Of a stretch of DNA of 64,000 nt, positions 1 through 11,546 are shown one piece after another. Every line of letters starts with the position of its first letter. The first letter of the stretch is position 1. The notes beneath the pieces are model-generated. The model did no database searches. It had not been told where the DNA came from and saw only the letters and a list, made by a program, of their open reading frames with translations. A program made the translations under genes and the position numbers. Source of the stretch: Candidatus Latescibacterota bacterium (GTDB lineage Bacteria > Latescibacterota > UBA2968); contig OZ242010.1 of NCBI GenBank assembly GCA_965204745.1, positions 1,632,001 to 1,696,000 of the forward strand. The letters run 5' to 3'.

Positions 1-2
1 AA

Positions 3-1637
3 TTTGGCGGGGACTCGGGCATTCGGCACTATATCGAATTGACCGAAGACAAGGTTTTGGGCGGGCGGCTGATAACGGGCAAAACCTATTTCTTTGCGGT
101 GACGGCGTATTCGCTGAACGAGAGCAGGTCGCCCAAAACCCTAGAGACGGCACTTGCGCCGCTGGCCGATGGGCGCATGACATTCAAGCCCCTTTCGGAC
201 GAGTTGATTCCTGCCAATGGCATCGTGCCGCGCTCGCCCACGGCAGGCACGCGATTCAATACCGTGGGGGTCGATAGCCTGGTCGCGCACACGCAGGGGT
301 CGAGCGATGGGATCGTGGCCGTGCAGGTGGTTGACGAGACCCGCGTGACCGGCGCGTCTTACGAGGTGCGCTTCCGCGAGACCGATGAGGGCACCACTGT
401 TTGGGATTTGGTCAATTTGTCGAGCGGGCAAGCCGTGCTTTCCGATATGGCGCAACACGCGACCTTAGACGAGGCCGTTTCCAATCCGGTTGTCGAGGGG
501 TTGCTCGTGCGCGTGACCGGCCCGCCCTTGGGCATTAAGGATTGGGAGATTCCCTCTGGGGCGCGGTGGTACACCTGGGCGGGTAACAACTGGGGGGGCG
601 AGGGGTTTCGCGGCGCGATGACGGGCGATGTGGCCCACTATTGGTTTGGCCCGACGAGCGTGCCCCCTGCGCGGTTGGTCAATGTGGAATTGCGCTTTAC
701 CAGCGTGATTGAAGACGAGGGGGAAGATCAGTACAAGCCCATCGACTTGACCAATCCCAATGTGTCGTGGGGGTATCGGTATTTGCGCGGCGCAAGTGCG
801 CCGCCACCGGCGCCTGCGGATCAGACCACGACCAAGGCCCCGTACGATTGGAGCAGCTACATCATCAATACGTCAGGGCCAGGCGTTTATGTGTATCAGG
901 AACGCAATCCCATCGCCCTGGCGGCTTGGGATGTGGAAAACAACCGCCGCCTCGAGGTGGGATGGCTGGAAAACAATCAGACCGGGGGCTTGGTCAACGG
1001 CGCTTATGGGCCGGCCTATTACGATGATATCGGCAATCTCGTCGGCGCTGGCCCGCGCGAGTGGTTGTTCATCTTTGACCGAACTTATACCGAGCCGGGC
1101 GATGATACCAATGTGGCGGAATTGTCGCAGGGGTTGATCAACGACGATTCGCCGCCGCCGATTATGTACATCGTATTTGCAGGCCGCCGGCAAGCAGACC
1201 GGTTCCCGCAAGATGGCGATTCGTTTCTGATTTACGCCAATCACGTCAACAGCAGCAACGATGTGTTTTCATTCAATACGCAGGGCGCGTTGCGAAACGA
1301 TCAGGCGTTGGCCGCAGAGGATTTGACGAAAATTCTGGCCGTGCCCAATCCGTATTTGGGGCGGTCGTCTTACGAACTGAGTTCGCTGGCGCGGCAGATG
1401 CGCTTTACCAATCTTCCCGCGTCATGTACGATCCGAATTTTCAGCCTGTCGGGCGATTTGGTGCGGACGATCAGCCACAACAATGGCTTGTCGTTTGACA
1501 CCTGGGATCTGAAAACCGATCAGGGCGTGCTGGTCTCGAGCGGCGTTTATATCGCGCATTTTGACGCGCCGGGCATTGGCACGCATTTTATCAAGTGCGC
1601 GGTATTTATGGAATCCGAGGCCCTCAATTCGTTCTAA
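3..1637 (+). CDS. Large secreted protein with C-terminal T9SS-type/FlgD-Ig sorting domain (5' truncated by window edge)
   Basis: Frame is open from the window start. The C-terminus KILAVPNPY...MRFTNLPASCTIRIFSLSGDLVRTI...WDLKTDQGVLVSSGVYIAH is typical of FCB-group CTD proteins, and a PorV-like gene follows. Confidence 0.75.
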   Translation, partial: FGGDSGIRHYIELTEDKVLGGRLITGKTYFFAVTAYSLNESRSPKTLETALAPLADGRMTFKPLSDELIPANGIVPRSPTAGTRFNTVGVDSLVAHTQGSSDGIVAVQVVDETRVTGASYEVRFRETDEGTTVWDLVNLSSGQAVLSDMAQHATLDEAVSNPVVEGLLVRVTGPPLGIKDWEIPSGARWYTWAGNNWGGEGFRGAMTGDVAHYWFGPTSVPPARLVNVELRFTSVIEDEGEDQYKPIDLTNPNVSWGYRYLRGASAPPPAPADQTTTKAPYDWSSYIINTSGPGVYVYQERNPIALAAWDVENNRRLEVGWLENNQTGGLVNGAYGPAYYDDIGNLVGAGPREWLFIFDRTYTEPGDDTNVAELSQGLINDDSPPPIMYIVFAGRRQADRFPQDGDSFLIYANHVNSSNDVFSFNTQGALRNDQALAAEDLTKILAVPNPYLGRSSYELSSLARQMRFTNLPASCTIRIFSLSGDLVRTISHNNGLSFDTWDLKTDQGVLVSSGVYIAHFDAPGIGTHFIKCAVFMESEALNSF

Positions 1638-1652
1638 ATGGAGGAATGACTT

Positions 1653-2708
1653 ATGTTGAAGCAGATCATTTTGCTGTTCGCCGCGCTGGCCTTGGTGGCA
1701 CAAGATGCACGCGCTGGCGATAAGAGCCGCATCGGCACGTCCGCGGCGCAAGAGTTGCGGATTCCCATCGGGTCGCGCGGGACCGCGCTGGGCGGCGCGA
1801 TTTTGGCCCATGTCAGCGGCGCAGAGGCATTGCAGTGGAATCCTTCGGGATTGGTTTTTGGCGCGCACAAGCGCGAGGTCGTGTTTTCGTATCTCGATTA
1901 TATCGCGGATATGAATATCAACTACGTCGCCCTGACCACGCACTTGCGCGACGATATTTCGATAGGGATCAGCGCCCGCGTGTTTTCCGTGGGCGATATC
2001 ATCGTGACCACCGAGGAATCGCCCGAGGGCACGGGCGAGGTGCTTTCGCCCAAGTTTTCGTGCGTGGCGTTCACGTATTCGCAGTTGTTGACGGACCGCG
2101 TGTCGTTTGGCAGCACGATCAAGTACATTCACGAGGGGATCAAGCGCGAGGTCGCCAGGGGCATGGCGTTTGATTTTGGGTTTCAGTACAAGACCGCGCT
2201 CAAGGGGTTGACCCTGGGCATTGCCATGCGAAACTTCGGGCCGGACTTGCGGTTCGATGGCCCGGACTTGGAGCGGGTGGTGCGCTTGCAAGACGCGATT
2301 CCCAATGCGGATCCCCAAGCTACGTCGCGCAATTTCCGCACGTCGCTCGCCTCTGCGGAGTTGCCCACGTCTATCGAAATCGGGTTTTCTTATGATTTCT
2401 ACGAAGATGCGATGGGCAAAGCCGCTTTTTCCGCCACCTTCCGCAACAATAATCTGGCGACGGACGAGTATCAGGCAGGTGTCGAGTATTCCCTAAAAAA
2501 GATGCTCCAGTTGCGCGGTGGGTATGTGATGTCGCCAACAGGGGATGCCCTGCCCAACGGGTTTAAGAAGGAATATATCCTCGGCCCGACATTTGGCTTT
2601 GGCCTCCATGTGCCCATGGGCAATACGGCATTTCAGGTGGATTACGCCTACGGCAAGACCGAGTTCTTCCAAGACAACCACTGGCTGACTGTGGGACTCG
2701 GGTTTTAG
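1653..2708 (+). CDS. PorV/PorQ-family outer-membrane beta-barrel protein
   Basis: Signal peptide, GTSAAQELRIPIGSRGTALGGA...ALQWNPSGL motif, terminal aromatic beta-strand (TVGLGF); GGAGG RBS. Confidence 0.8.
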   Translation: MLKQIILLFAALALVAQDARAGDKSRIGTSAAQELRIPIGSRGTALGGAILAHVSGAEALQWNPSGLVFGAHKREVVFSYLDYIADMNINYVALTTHLRDDISIGISARVFSVGDIIVTTEESPEGTGEVLSPKFSCVAFTYSQLLTDRVSFGSTIKYIHEGIKREVARGMAFDFGFQYKTALKGLTLGIAMRNFGPDLRFDGPDLERVVRLQDAIPNADPQATSRNFRTSLASAELPTSIEIGFSYDFYEDAMGKAAFSATFRNNNLATDEYQAGVEYSLKKMLQLRGGYVMSPTGDALPNGFKKEYILGPTFGFGLHVPMGNTAFQVDYAYGKTEFFQDNHWLTVGLGF

Positions 2709-2830
2709 GAAGGAAGGAAGAGGGGAGACGTAAGAGGGGAGACGTAAGAGGCAAGAGGGGAGAAGCGGACCTATCCCCCTAACCCTCTCACATCAGGGAT
2801 GAATGAGGAACAGACGTTCCGTAGGGATCC

Positions 2831-3083
2831 TGCGTTGCTTGTCTCACGTTTGTTGCATTCCGTTTGTTTTGATGCCTTCGGCGACCTACTTTTTTTCAAC
2901 AGGAAAAAAAGTAGGCAAAAAATGCCGCTCTCAAACGCCGAGAGGCTTGCACAGCGCAAATCGCTTTTGTAATCGCACGACATGCGTTGGCCTGCAAAGG
3001 GGGTTACAAGCGGGTTGTTGGTTGCGAGACGGACTTGCGCGCTGTGCGTGATGGCTTGATTGGAGGATGTTTTGCGATGGCAT
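2831..3083. repeat. Dispersed ~250-bp repeat family C, copy 1
   Basis: GATGCCTTCGGCGAC...AATGCCGCTCTCAAACGCCGAG...GCGCGCTGTGC core recurs at 38089-38355 and 50594-50883. Confidence 0.9.
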
Positions 3084-3317
3084 GGTTGCGATGACTTCTC
3101 TGAATGACTGCATAGCGTCAAGGAGATCATTGGCTCTCAGCATATCGCATCACATTAGGCCAACAGAAAATCAGTTTAGTATAATTCCTCGCCTCTCGGC
3201 GCATTTAACCGTCTGTATTGGTTTGTCGCACCAATGCAGGCGGTTTTGTTTTGTGTGGGCAATGGGCATTTGTATGGAAAACAAGGGGATATGACTTTTA
3301 CGGTCGCAACTGATGGT

Positions 3318-3332
3318 TGGCACGGATCTTGC
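3318..3332 (+). promoter_or_regulatory. Sigma-54 (-24/-12) promoter of pspA-like gene
   Basis: TGGCAC-GGATC-TTGC, exact consensus spacing, 46 bp upstream of a PspA-family ATG; psp operons are classically sigma-54 driven. Confidence 0.8.
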
Positions 3333-3378
3333 GAAAGAGCGCGTTTGATGGACAACCCCAAACCGAAAGGAGAGAAAG

Positions 3379-4053
3379 ATGGGTGCATTGAGCAGGATGG
3401 CGAATGTGGTTCGCGCAGAGGTCAACGAGGTTTTGAATCGGATCGAGGATCCGAAGAAGATGGTGCGGCAGATGATTTGGGATATGCAGGCCGAGGTGGA
3501 TGACGCGCTGGCAGCGGTGGCCCATGCCATTGCCAACGAGCGGGTGTTGGATCGCCGGCTGGCGCAGAAGCGGGAAGAGGCCGCGCTGTGGACGCGCAAG
3601 GCCGAGGCCGCGGTTGACGCGGGCGAAGAGGAGCTGGCGCGCAAGGCGTTGGTTCAGAAGGTGGCGGCGGATGAGGCGATCAGCGCGCTTCAGAAGGCGC
3701 GGGCCGAGGTCGCGACGCAGACCCTGAAGGATCGGGCGGCGGATTTGAAGGCCAAGTTGGCGACTGCGCGCACGCAACAGGGCGTTTTGGCCCTTCGCAT
3801 GCGCGCGGCGCGAGCGCGTCGCGACGTGGCGATGGTCGATGTGCAAGCGCGGTCGCGCTACGACGAGTTCGTCGATGAGGTGACGCGCGACGAGGTGGCC
3901 GCCGAGGTCTATGCGGAGATGGCGGCAAGCGATGATGGGCAACTCAAAGAGGAGTTCGACCGCCTGGAGCAAAAGCAACGGGTCGAGGCCGAGATTCAGG
4001 CGTTGAAGGAAAAGGCCAACCAAAAGAATCGGCCATCCGAGCAGGAGGAATGA
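3379..4053 (+). CDS. pspA: PspA/IM30 family protein
   Basis: MGALSRMANVVRAEVNEVLNRIEDPKKMVRQMIWDM N-terminus, coiled-coil body, GEEELARKAL motif. Confidence 0.9.
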   Translation: MGALSRMANVVRAEVNEVLNRIEDPKKMVRQMIWDMQAEVDDALAAVAHAIANERVLDRRLAQKREEAALWTRKAEAAVDAGEEELARKALVQKVAADEAISALQKARAEVATQTLKDRAADLKAKLATARTQQGVLALRMRAARARRDVAMVDVQARSRYDEFVDEVTRDEVAAEVYAEMAASDDGQLKEEFDRLEQKQRVEAEIQALKEKANQKNRPSEQEE

Positions 4054-4055
4054 CG

Positions 4056-4208
4056 ATGTTGGCAAAGCTGTTCGGCATTGTTTTGCTGCTCATCGGCGCG
4101 GTCCTCGCGGTTGCCGTTTTGATGTTCGCGCTGAAGGTGGCCGCGGCAGTCGCGCTGATCTACCTCGGCTACCGCTTGCTCACGCGGCATCGGCGCCGCA
4201 GGTATTAA
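4056..4208 (+). CDS. 50-aa hydrophobic membrane protein, probable Psp-system partner (not in ORF track)
   Basis: AGGAGG RBS at the pspA end; translates MLAKLFGIVLLLIGAVLAVAVLMFALKVAAAVALIYLGYRLLTRHRRRRY with a basic tail. Confidence 0.75.
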   Translation: MLAKLFGIVLLLIGAVLAVAVLMFALKVAAAVALIYLGYRLLTRHRRRRY

Positions 4209-4232
4209 ATGCGCGGTTCGCGCAAAACGATT

Positions 4233-4272
4233 AAACCACCCATATCACAAAGATGTGGGTGGTTTTGTTTTT
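4233..4272. terminator. Intrinsic terminator between convergent genes
   Basis: AAACCACCCATATC/GATGTGGGTGGTTT stem followed by a T-rich run. Confidence 0.75.
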
Positions 4273-4292
4273 GGTTCAAGGGTGTCTGTGGG

Positions 4293-5093
4293 TCAGTTCT
4301 CGATTTGCGTTGCGAAATCGCGCACCGCTGGGAAGAGGTCGCCGTCGAGTGGCGCGCCGATTTCGAGCTCGAGCGGGTCCGTGACGACGTGGCGTTTGCC
4401 GGTGTACGTGGTGGTGCAGTCCATGAAGATGATCACATGGGCTACGCGGGGTTCGTCCGTGTTGTTCGGCGTGGCCATGTGGGCGCAACGGCTGTGGTGA
4501 AACGTGCAGTCGCCCGCGCGCAGGGGCACGGTGATGCGCGGTGCCCAGGTCAGATCCGGTTGCGCGGTGAACAGGCGGCTTTCGTCTCGCGTGCTCTGTG
4601 CGGGCAGGTCCGTGTGCCGGTGCGATCCGGGGATAAAGCTCATGCAGCCGCGCTCGACCGGCACGTCGCACAACGCGATCCAGGCGGAAATGGATTGGGG
4701 CGAGTTGGCGTGCGGCCAAAAGGGTTGGTCTTGGTGAAAAGAGGTGGGCGCTTCGTTGTGCGGTTGTTTGATGAGGACGTGGTCGTGCCACAAGCGCAGG
4801 GGCACAGCCGCGAGTGCTTCGGCGACCGCGCCGATGTTGGGATGAAAGGTCAAGCGGCGAATGGCGTCGTTTTTGGGCCAGAAATTGACGAGTTGGGTAA
4901 AAACCGGTTGGTCGCGCACCATGATGTCTCGGCCTTCCGTGGGCCGCACGCCTTCACTGAAGTTTTGAATGGCGTCGTGAAATTCTGCGGCTTCTTCCGG
5001 CGAGATGATGCCGGGGATGTGGACAAAGCCGTTGTCCCGATAGCATTGGCGTTGCGCGGGGGTCAGGGTTTCAGGGGTGGTTTGATAGGCCAT
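4293..5093 (-). CDS. Phytanoyl-CoA dioxygenase (PhyH) family Fe(II)/2OG dioxygenase
   Basis: HQD and distal H (FHHSRCAH) iron ligands; SISAWIAL...GCMSFIPGSH; start moved to MAYQ (GGAG RBS). Confidence 0.9.
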   Translation of the reverse strand: MAYQTTPETLTPAQRQCYRDNGFVHIPGIISPEEAAEFHDAIQNFSEGVRPTEGRDIMVRDQPVFTQLVNFWPKNDAIRRLTFHPNIGAVAEALAAVPLRLWHDHVLIKQPHNEAPTSFHQDQPFWPHANSPQSISAWIALCDVPVERGCMSFIPGSHRHTDLPAQSTRDESRLFTAQPDLTWAPRITVPLRAGDCTFHHSRCAHMATPNNTDEPRVAHVIIFMDCTTTYTGKRHVVTDPLELEIGAPLDGDLFPAVRDFATQIEN

Positions 5094-5101
5094 GGGGTCT
5101 C

Positions 5102-5920
5102 CTATGGAATGTGATCGCCAGCGGGACGGGGGATGTGTTGCCAGTATCCCGATGGGTCGATGCCGCGACATACCACCGCGGGGGCGCGGTCCGTTTCTCG
5201 CGTGCGGACGTCGGGCGGCATGTAGCGCAGGGTTAGGCCACAGCGACGGCGGCGCGATGTGTTGGGCCGGGAACCGTGCAACAACAAGTCCGAGTGAATG
5301 GAAATTTGCCCGGCTTTCATGACAAAGGGCACGGGGTCGCCGAATCGCTCGGCATTGTGAACGGATTGTTTGAGCACGTTGTTTTCCTCGGGCGCGCTGT
5401 GGTCAAACGGGATTTGCCCGTGCAAATGCGAGCCGGGAATGACTTCCATCGGGCCGTTTTCCAGATCCACGTCGTCGATGGCGAGCCAGACTGTGACGGT
5501 TTTGGACGGGGTGAGCGGCCAGTACGAAGCGTCTTGGTGATAGGCCACTCGTTTGCCGTCGCCGGGCATTTTGCTGAAGTAGTGGGTCATGCGCGAGACC
5601 AAATTTGGGCCGAGCAGGTCTTCGACATAGTCGAGGATGCGGCCATCGATGAGCAGGTCGTAAATGCCCTTGCAAGTGCGGTGCCACCCGTTGATGGCAT
5701 AACTGTTTTTGCCCGCGGCCCGCGCTTTTGCCAGCAGGTGGTCGAAATACGCGCGATTGGCTTCGGCTTCGCGCTCGGTGAAAACGTCGAGCGGGAAGAT
5801 GTATCCCCGGTCATTGAAGTGCCGAATCTGCGCCCGCGTCAATTTTTTTGGCGCGTCATTCTCGGCCGGGTAAAATTTTATCTCCCGCTTCATCTCGGGA
5901 AGCGCGTCTGTTATGGGCAT
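5102..5920 (-). CDS. Phytanoyl-CoA dioxygenase (PhyH) family protein
   Basis: YHQDASYWP, TVWLAIDD...NGPMEVIPGSH, LLHGSRPN...RRCGLTLRY. Confidence 0.9.
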   Translation of the reverse strand: MPITDALPEMKREIKFYPAENDAPKKLTRAQIRHFNDRGYIFPLDVFTEREAEANRAYFDHLLAKARAAGKNSYAINGWHRTCKGIYDLLIDGRILDYVEDLLGPNLVSRMTHYFSKMPGDGKRVAYHQDASYWPLTPSKTVTVWLAIDDVDLENGPMEVIPGSHLHGQIPFDHSAPEENNVLKQSVHNAERFGDPVPFVMKAGQISIHSDLLLHGSRPNTSRRRRCGLTLRYMPPDVRTRETDRAPAVVCRGIDPSGYWQHIPRPAGDHIP

Positions 5921-5943
5921 AGCGTCTCCTAAAAAAAGACCAC

Positions 5944-6186
5944 CTATGGATGTGCAATTAACGCGCGCAGGGCTTTGTTCACAGATTCAGAATTGGGAAA
6001 GTGGCGTTTTACGTCTGGGTCGAGCATGACAGAGCCATCTTCGGGTGTAAAGTAGTGAACTTCTGTGGTGCCATCCCGTTTGTCTATTTGGACAGCATGC
6101 CCCTGACGATACGCCCGATGGTGTTTTCCGAGAACACCGCCGGAGAAATCGCATTCTGCCTGCATTTCATTTTGTTTGTCATCCAT
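5944..6186 (-). CDS. Small BrnA/CopG-like antitoxin-type protein, no adjacent toxin
   Basis: ECDFSGGVLGKH...LDPDVKRHFPNSESVNKALRAL pattern; AGGAG RBS and own promoter. Confidence 0.6.
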   Translation of the reverse strand: MDDKQNEMQAECDFSGGVLGKHHRAYRQGHAVQIDKRDGTTEVHYFTPEDGSVMLDPDVKRHFPNSESVNKALRALIAHP

Positions 6187-6213
6187 AGTCTTGTCGCTCC
6201 TTTTTCGTTGGTC

Positions 6214-6242
6214 ATTATACTCAGTTGACGGCGAATCGTCAA
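6214..6242 (-). promoter_or_regulatory. Sigma-70 promoter with palindrome over the -35 box
   Basis: TTGACG-N17-TATAAT on minus strand; TTGACG-attcgc-CGTCAA inverted repeat at 6225-6242. Confidence 0.7.
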
Positions 6243-6305
6243 GTGAGCGTGGGATGAGATACGGACGGGATTGAACGAATCGAGGCAGAAAAATCAATCG
6301 GATAC

Positions 6306-6339
6306 AAAAAAGAGCGACGGGGCTTTCGACCCGCCGCTC
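6306..6339 (-). terminator. Intrinsic terminator closing the sigma/mini-RNAP operon
   Basis: GAGCGGCGGG/CCCGTCGCTC stem plus T6 on minus strand, 11 bp after the stop. Confidence 0.85.
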
Positions 6340-6350
6340 GGTTGTGCGGT

Positions 6351-9518
<3,168 letters not shown>

Positions 9519-9531
9519 CTATTGTGTGATC

Positions 9532-9558
9532 GGGTGAACGCGGAGGCATCGCCCCTAC
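9532..9558 (-). repeat. GTAG-type REP-like palindrome between sigma and mini-RNAP genes
   Basis: GTAGGGGCGATGCCTCCGCGTTCACCC; related copy at 37075-37100, degenerate copies near 40443 and 59542. Confidence 0.7.
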
Positions 9559-9560
9559 GA

Positions 9561-10154
9561 TTACCGAAAATCCTTCAATCTCGAAAATTCCGATGCGAGT
9601 TGCTTGCGGGCGTGGAACAGGCGGGATTTGACCGTGCCTTCTGGAATCGCGAGCCGTTCGGCGGCTTCTCGGAGCGTGACCTCGTCTTCGTACACCAGTT
9701 GAAACACCTCGCGTTTTTCCTCGGGCAATGCGTCGATCAACTCCTGCAACACGCGCCGCTGTTCTGCGCGTTCCAGTTGCACGTCCGGGCCCAGTGCGGC
9801 GCGGTCGATCATCCACCCCGGAACCGGGCGTTCTTCGTCCTCATCATCGTGGAGCGATGGCATGTGCAAGGGCTGTTCCCTGCGGCGATTTTTGCTCCGC
9901 AACTGATTCAGCGCGAGATTTTTCGCCATGCGAAACAACCACCCGCGAAATGACCCGCGCCCAGACCATTGCTCGGCCCGATTCCAAACGCGGAGAAAGA
10001 CCTCTTGCGTCAAATCATCCGCCGCACTCGCGTCGCTCACCATCCAATATATCAACTCGGTCACTCGCGCCTGATAACGCGCAAACAAAAGCGAAAACGC
10101 CGCTTCGTCCCGCGCCACAATTCGCTGCATTAAGATGGCGTCCGAAGGCGTCAT
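9561..10154 (-). CDS. ECF-family RNA polymerase sigma-70 factor
   Basis: Region 2 (ADDLTQEVFLRVW...FRGWLFRMAKNLALN) and region 4 (LREAAERLAIPEGTVKSRLFHARKQL). Confidence 0.95.
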   Translation of the reverse strand: MTPSDAILMQRIVARDEAAFSLLFARYQARVTELIYWMVSDASAADDLTQEVFLRVWNRAEQWSGRGSFRGWLFRMAKNLALNQLRSKNRRREQPLHMPSLHDDEDEERPVPGWMIDRAALGPDVQLERAEQRRVLQELIDALPEEKREVFQLVYEDEVTLREAAERLAIPEGTVKSRLFHARKQLASEFSRLKDFR

Positions 10155-10380
10155 GCGTGCCTCACCTCGCTACCCTGTTGCCTGTGCGTGCCCATCCTTT
10201 CCGCCCATCCGCCCGTGCGGCCTCACCTCGCCGCCGCCCGTGCGTGCCCGGCCCCAAGCGGTCAGCGGTAAGATGGGCGTTTTGCCACGAGCGGGGTACA
10301 ACTGGCGATAGCCCGTTCAAAGGTGATCCGGGTGTAGTCCAGAGATACAAGGAGAGACAGAAAAGTCGGTCTGTGGGGAA

Positions 10381-10408
10381 TGGACACCGCTCGGTGCGGA
10401 GGGGTTCA
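10381..10408 (-). promoter_or_regulatory. Candidate ECF-type promoter for the sigma/mini-RNAP operon
   Basis: TGAACC-N16-TGTCCA on minus strand (AAC in -35, GTC in -10); short motif, could be chance. Confidence 0.35.
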
Positions 10409-10437
10409 AAAATAGTGCGTGCCCGGCCCCTGCCGCA

Positions 10438-10503
10438 GTGTCTGAATCGCGGATTAAACGGATTACGCGGATTGCGCGGATTACCCCACACCGCCCTACC
10501 GCC
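10438..10503 (-). repeat. 66-bp repeat family A (AATCCGCG-type units), exact reverse complement of 19467-19532
   Basis: Base-by-base match; third partial copy at about 19601-19648. Confidence 0.9.
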
Positions 10504-10505
10504 AT

Positions 10506-11480
10506 AGCCCTATCCCCCCGGCCCCCGTTATTCGCTTCGCTCATTGTAGGCTACGCCTGTGCCTACAAGGAAAGGGGGAGCACATGGCTTTTTGAAGGTT
10601 TGTATCCCTGGCTGTTCTGATGGCTTTGGGCGAATGGATCGCGCCATGAAAATGCGACCTATCCCCCCGGCCCCCGTTATTCGCTTCGCTCATTGTAGGC
10701 TACGCCTGTGCCTACAAGGAAAGGGGAGCACATGGCTTTCTTAAAGGTTTGCATCCAGGCCTGTTCTGATGGCTTTGAGCGAATGGATCACGCCATAGAA
10801 ACCCAAACCCCCTCGCGCAAATCCCTCGCAAGACCTACCCCCTGGCCCCCTTCCTCGCAGGAAGGGGGCCAGGGGGTAGGTCCCACCTCGCAAGCCCTAT
10901 CCCCCGGCCCCCGTTATTCGCTTCGCTCATTGTAGGCTACGCCTGTGCCTACAAGGAAAGGGGGAGCGCATGGCTTTCTTGAAGGGTTGTATCCCTGGCT
11001 GTTTTGATGGCTTTGCGCGAATGGATCATGCCATGAACCCCCCAAAACCTCTCGCCATTCCCCTCGCAAAACCTCTCGCCATTCCCCCTTCCTCGTAGGA
11101 AGGGGGCCAGGGGGTAGGTCCCACCTCGCAAGCCCTATCCCCCGGCCCCCGTTATTCGCTTCGCTCATTGTAGGCTACGCCTGTGCCTACAAGGAAAGGG
11201 GGAGCGCATGGCTTTCTTGAAGGGTTGTATCCCTGGCTGTTTTGATGGCTTTGCGCGAATGGATCATGCCATGAAAATGCGACCTATCCCCCCGGCCCCC
11301 TTTCCTTGTAGGAAAGGGGGAGCGTATGGCTTTCTTGAAGGTTTGTATCCCTGGCTGTTCTGATGGCTTTGCGCGAATGGATCGCGCCATGAACCCCAAA
11401 AAACCTCTCGCCATTCCCTCGGAAAACCTCTCGCCATTCCCCCCTTCCTCGCAGGAAGGGGGGTTAGGGGGGTAGGTCCC
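10506..11480. repeat. Tandem array of five full or partial copies of a ~150-240-bp palindromic-ended MITE/REPIN-like element (family B)
   Basis: Units start near 10508, 10657, 10894, 11132 and 11281. They share CTATCCCCCGGCCCCC...AGGAAAGGGGGAGC..ATGGCTTT...CGAATGGATC; full units end in CCCCCTTCCT..AGGAAGGGGG..AGGGGGTAGGTCCC. Confidence 0.9.
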
Positions 11481-11487
11481 AAAAGTA

Positions 11488-11524
11488 AAGCCCGAGTTCA
11501 CTGTGAACCCGGGCTTTTGTTTTT
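11488..11524. terminator. Terminator hairpin downstream of giant surface-protein gene
   Basis: AAAGCCCGAGTTCAC/GTGAACCCGGGCTTT with A/T runs on both sides. Confidence 0.75.
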
Positions 11525-11546
11525 CCTTTCGCGTCTTTCGCATTTG

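Noticed and set aside
10289-10320. Integron attC interpretation of the AAC...GTT micro-element
   Set aside because: Much shorter than attC sites, not arranged as a cassette array, and no intI in the window.
10506-11480. CRISPR array
   Set aside because: The sequence between the conserved blocks is itself repeated, units are 150-240 bp, and there are no cas genes.
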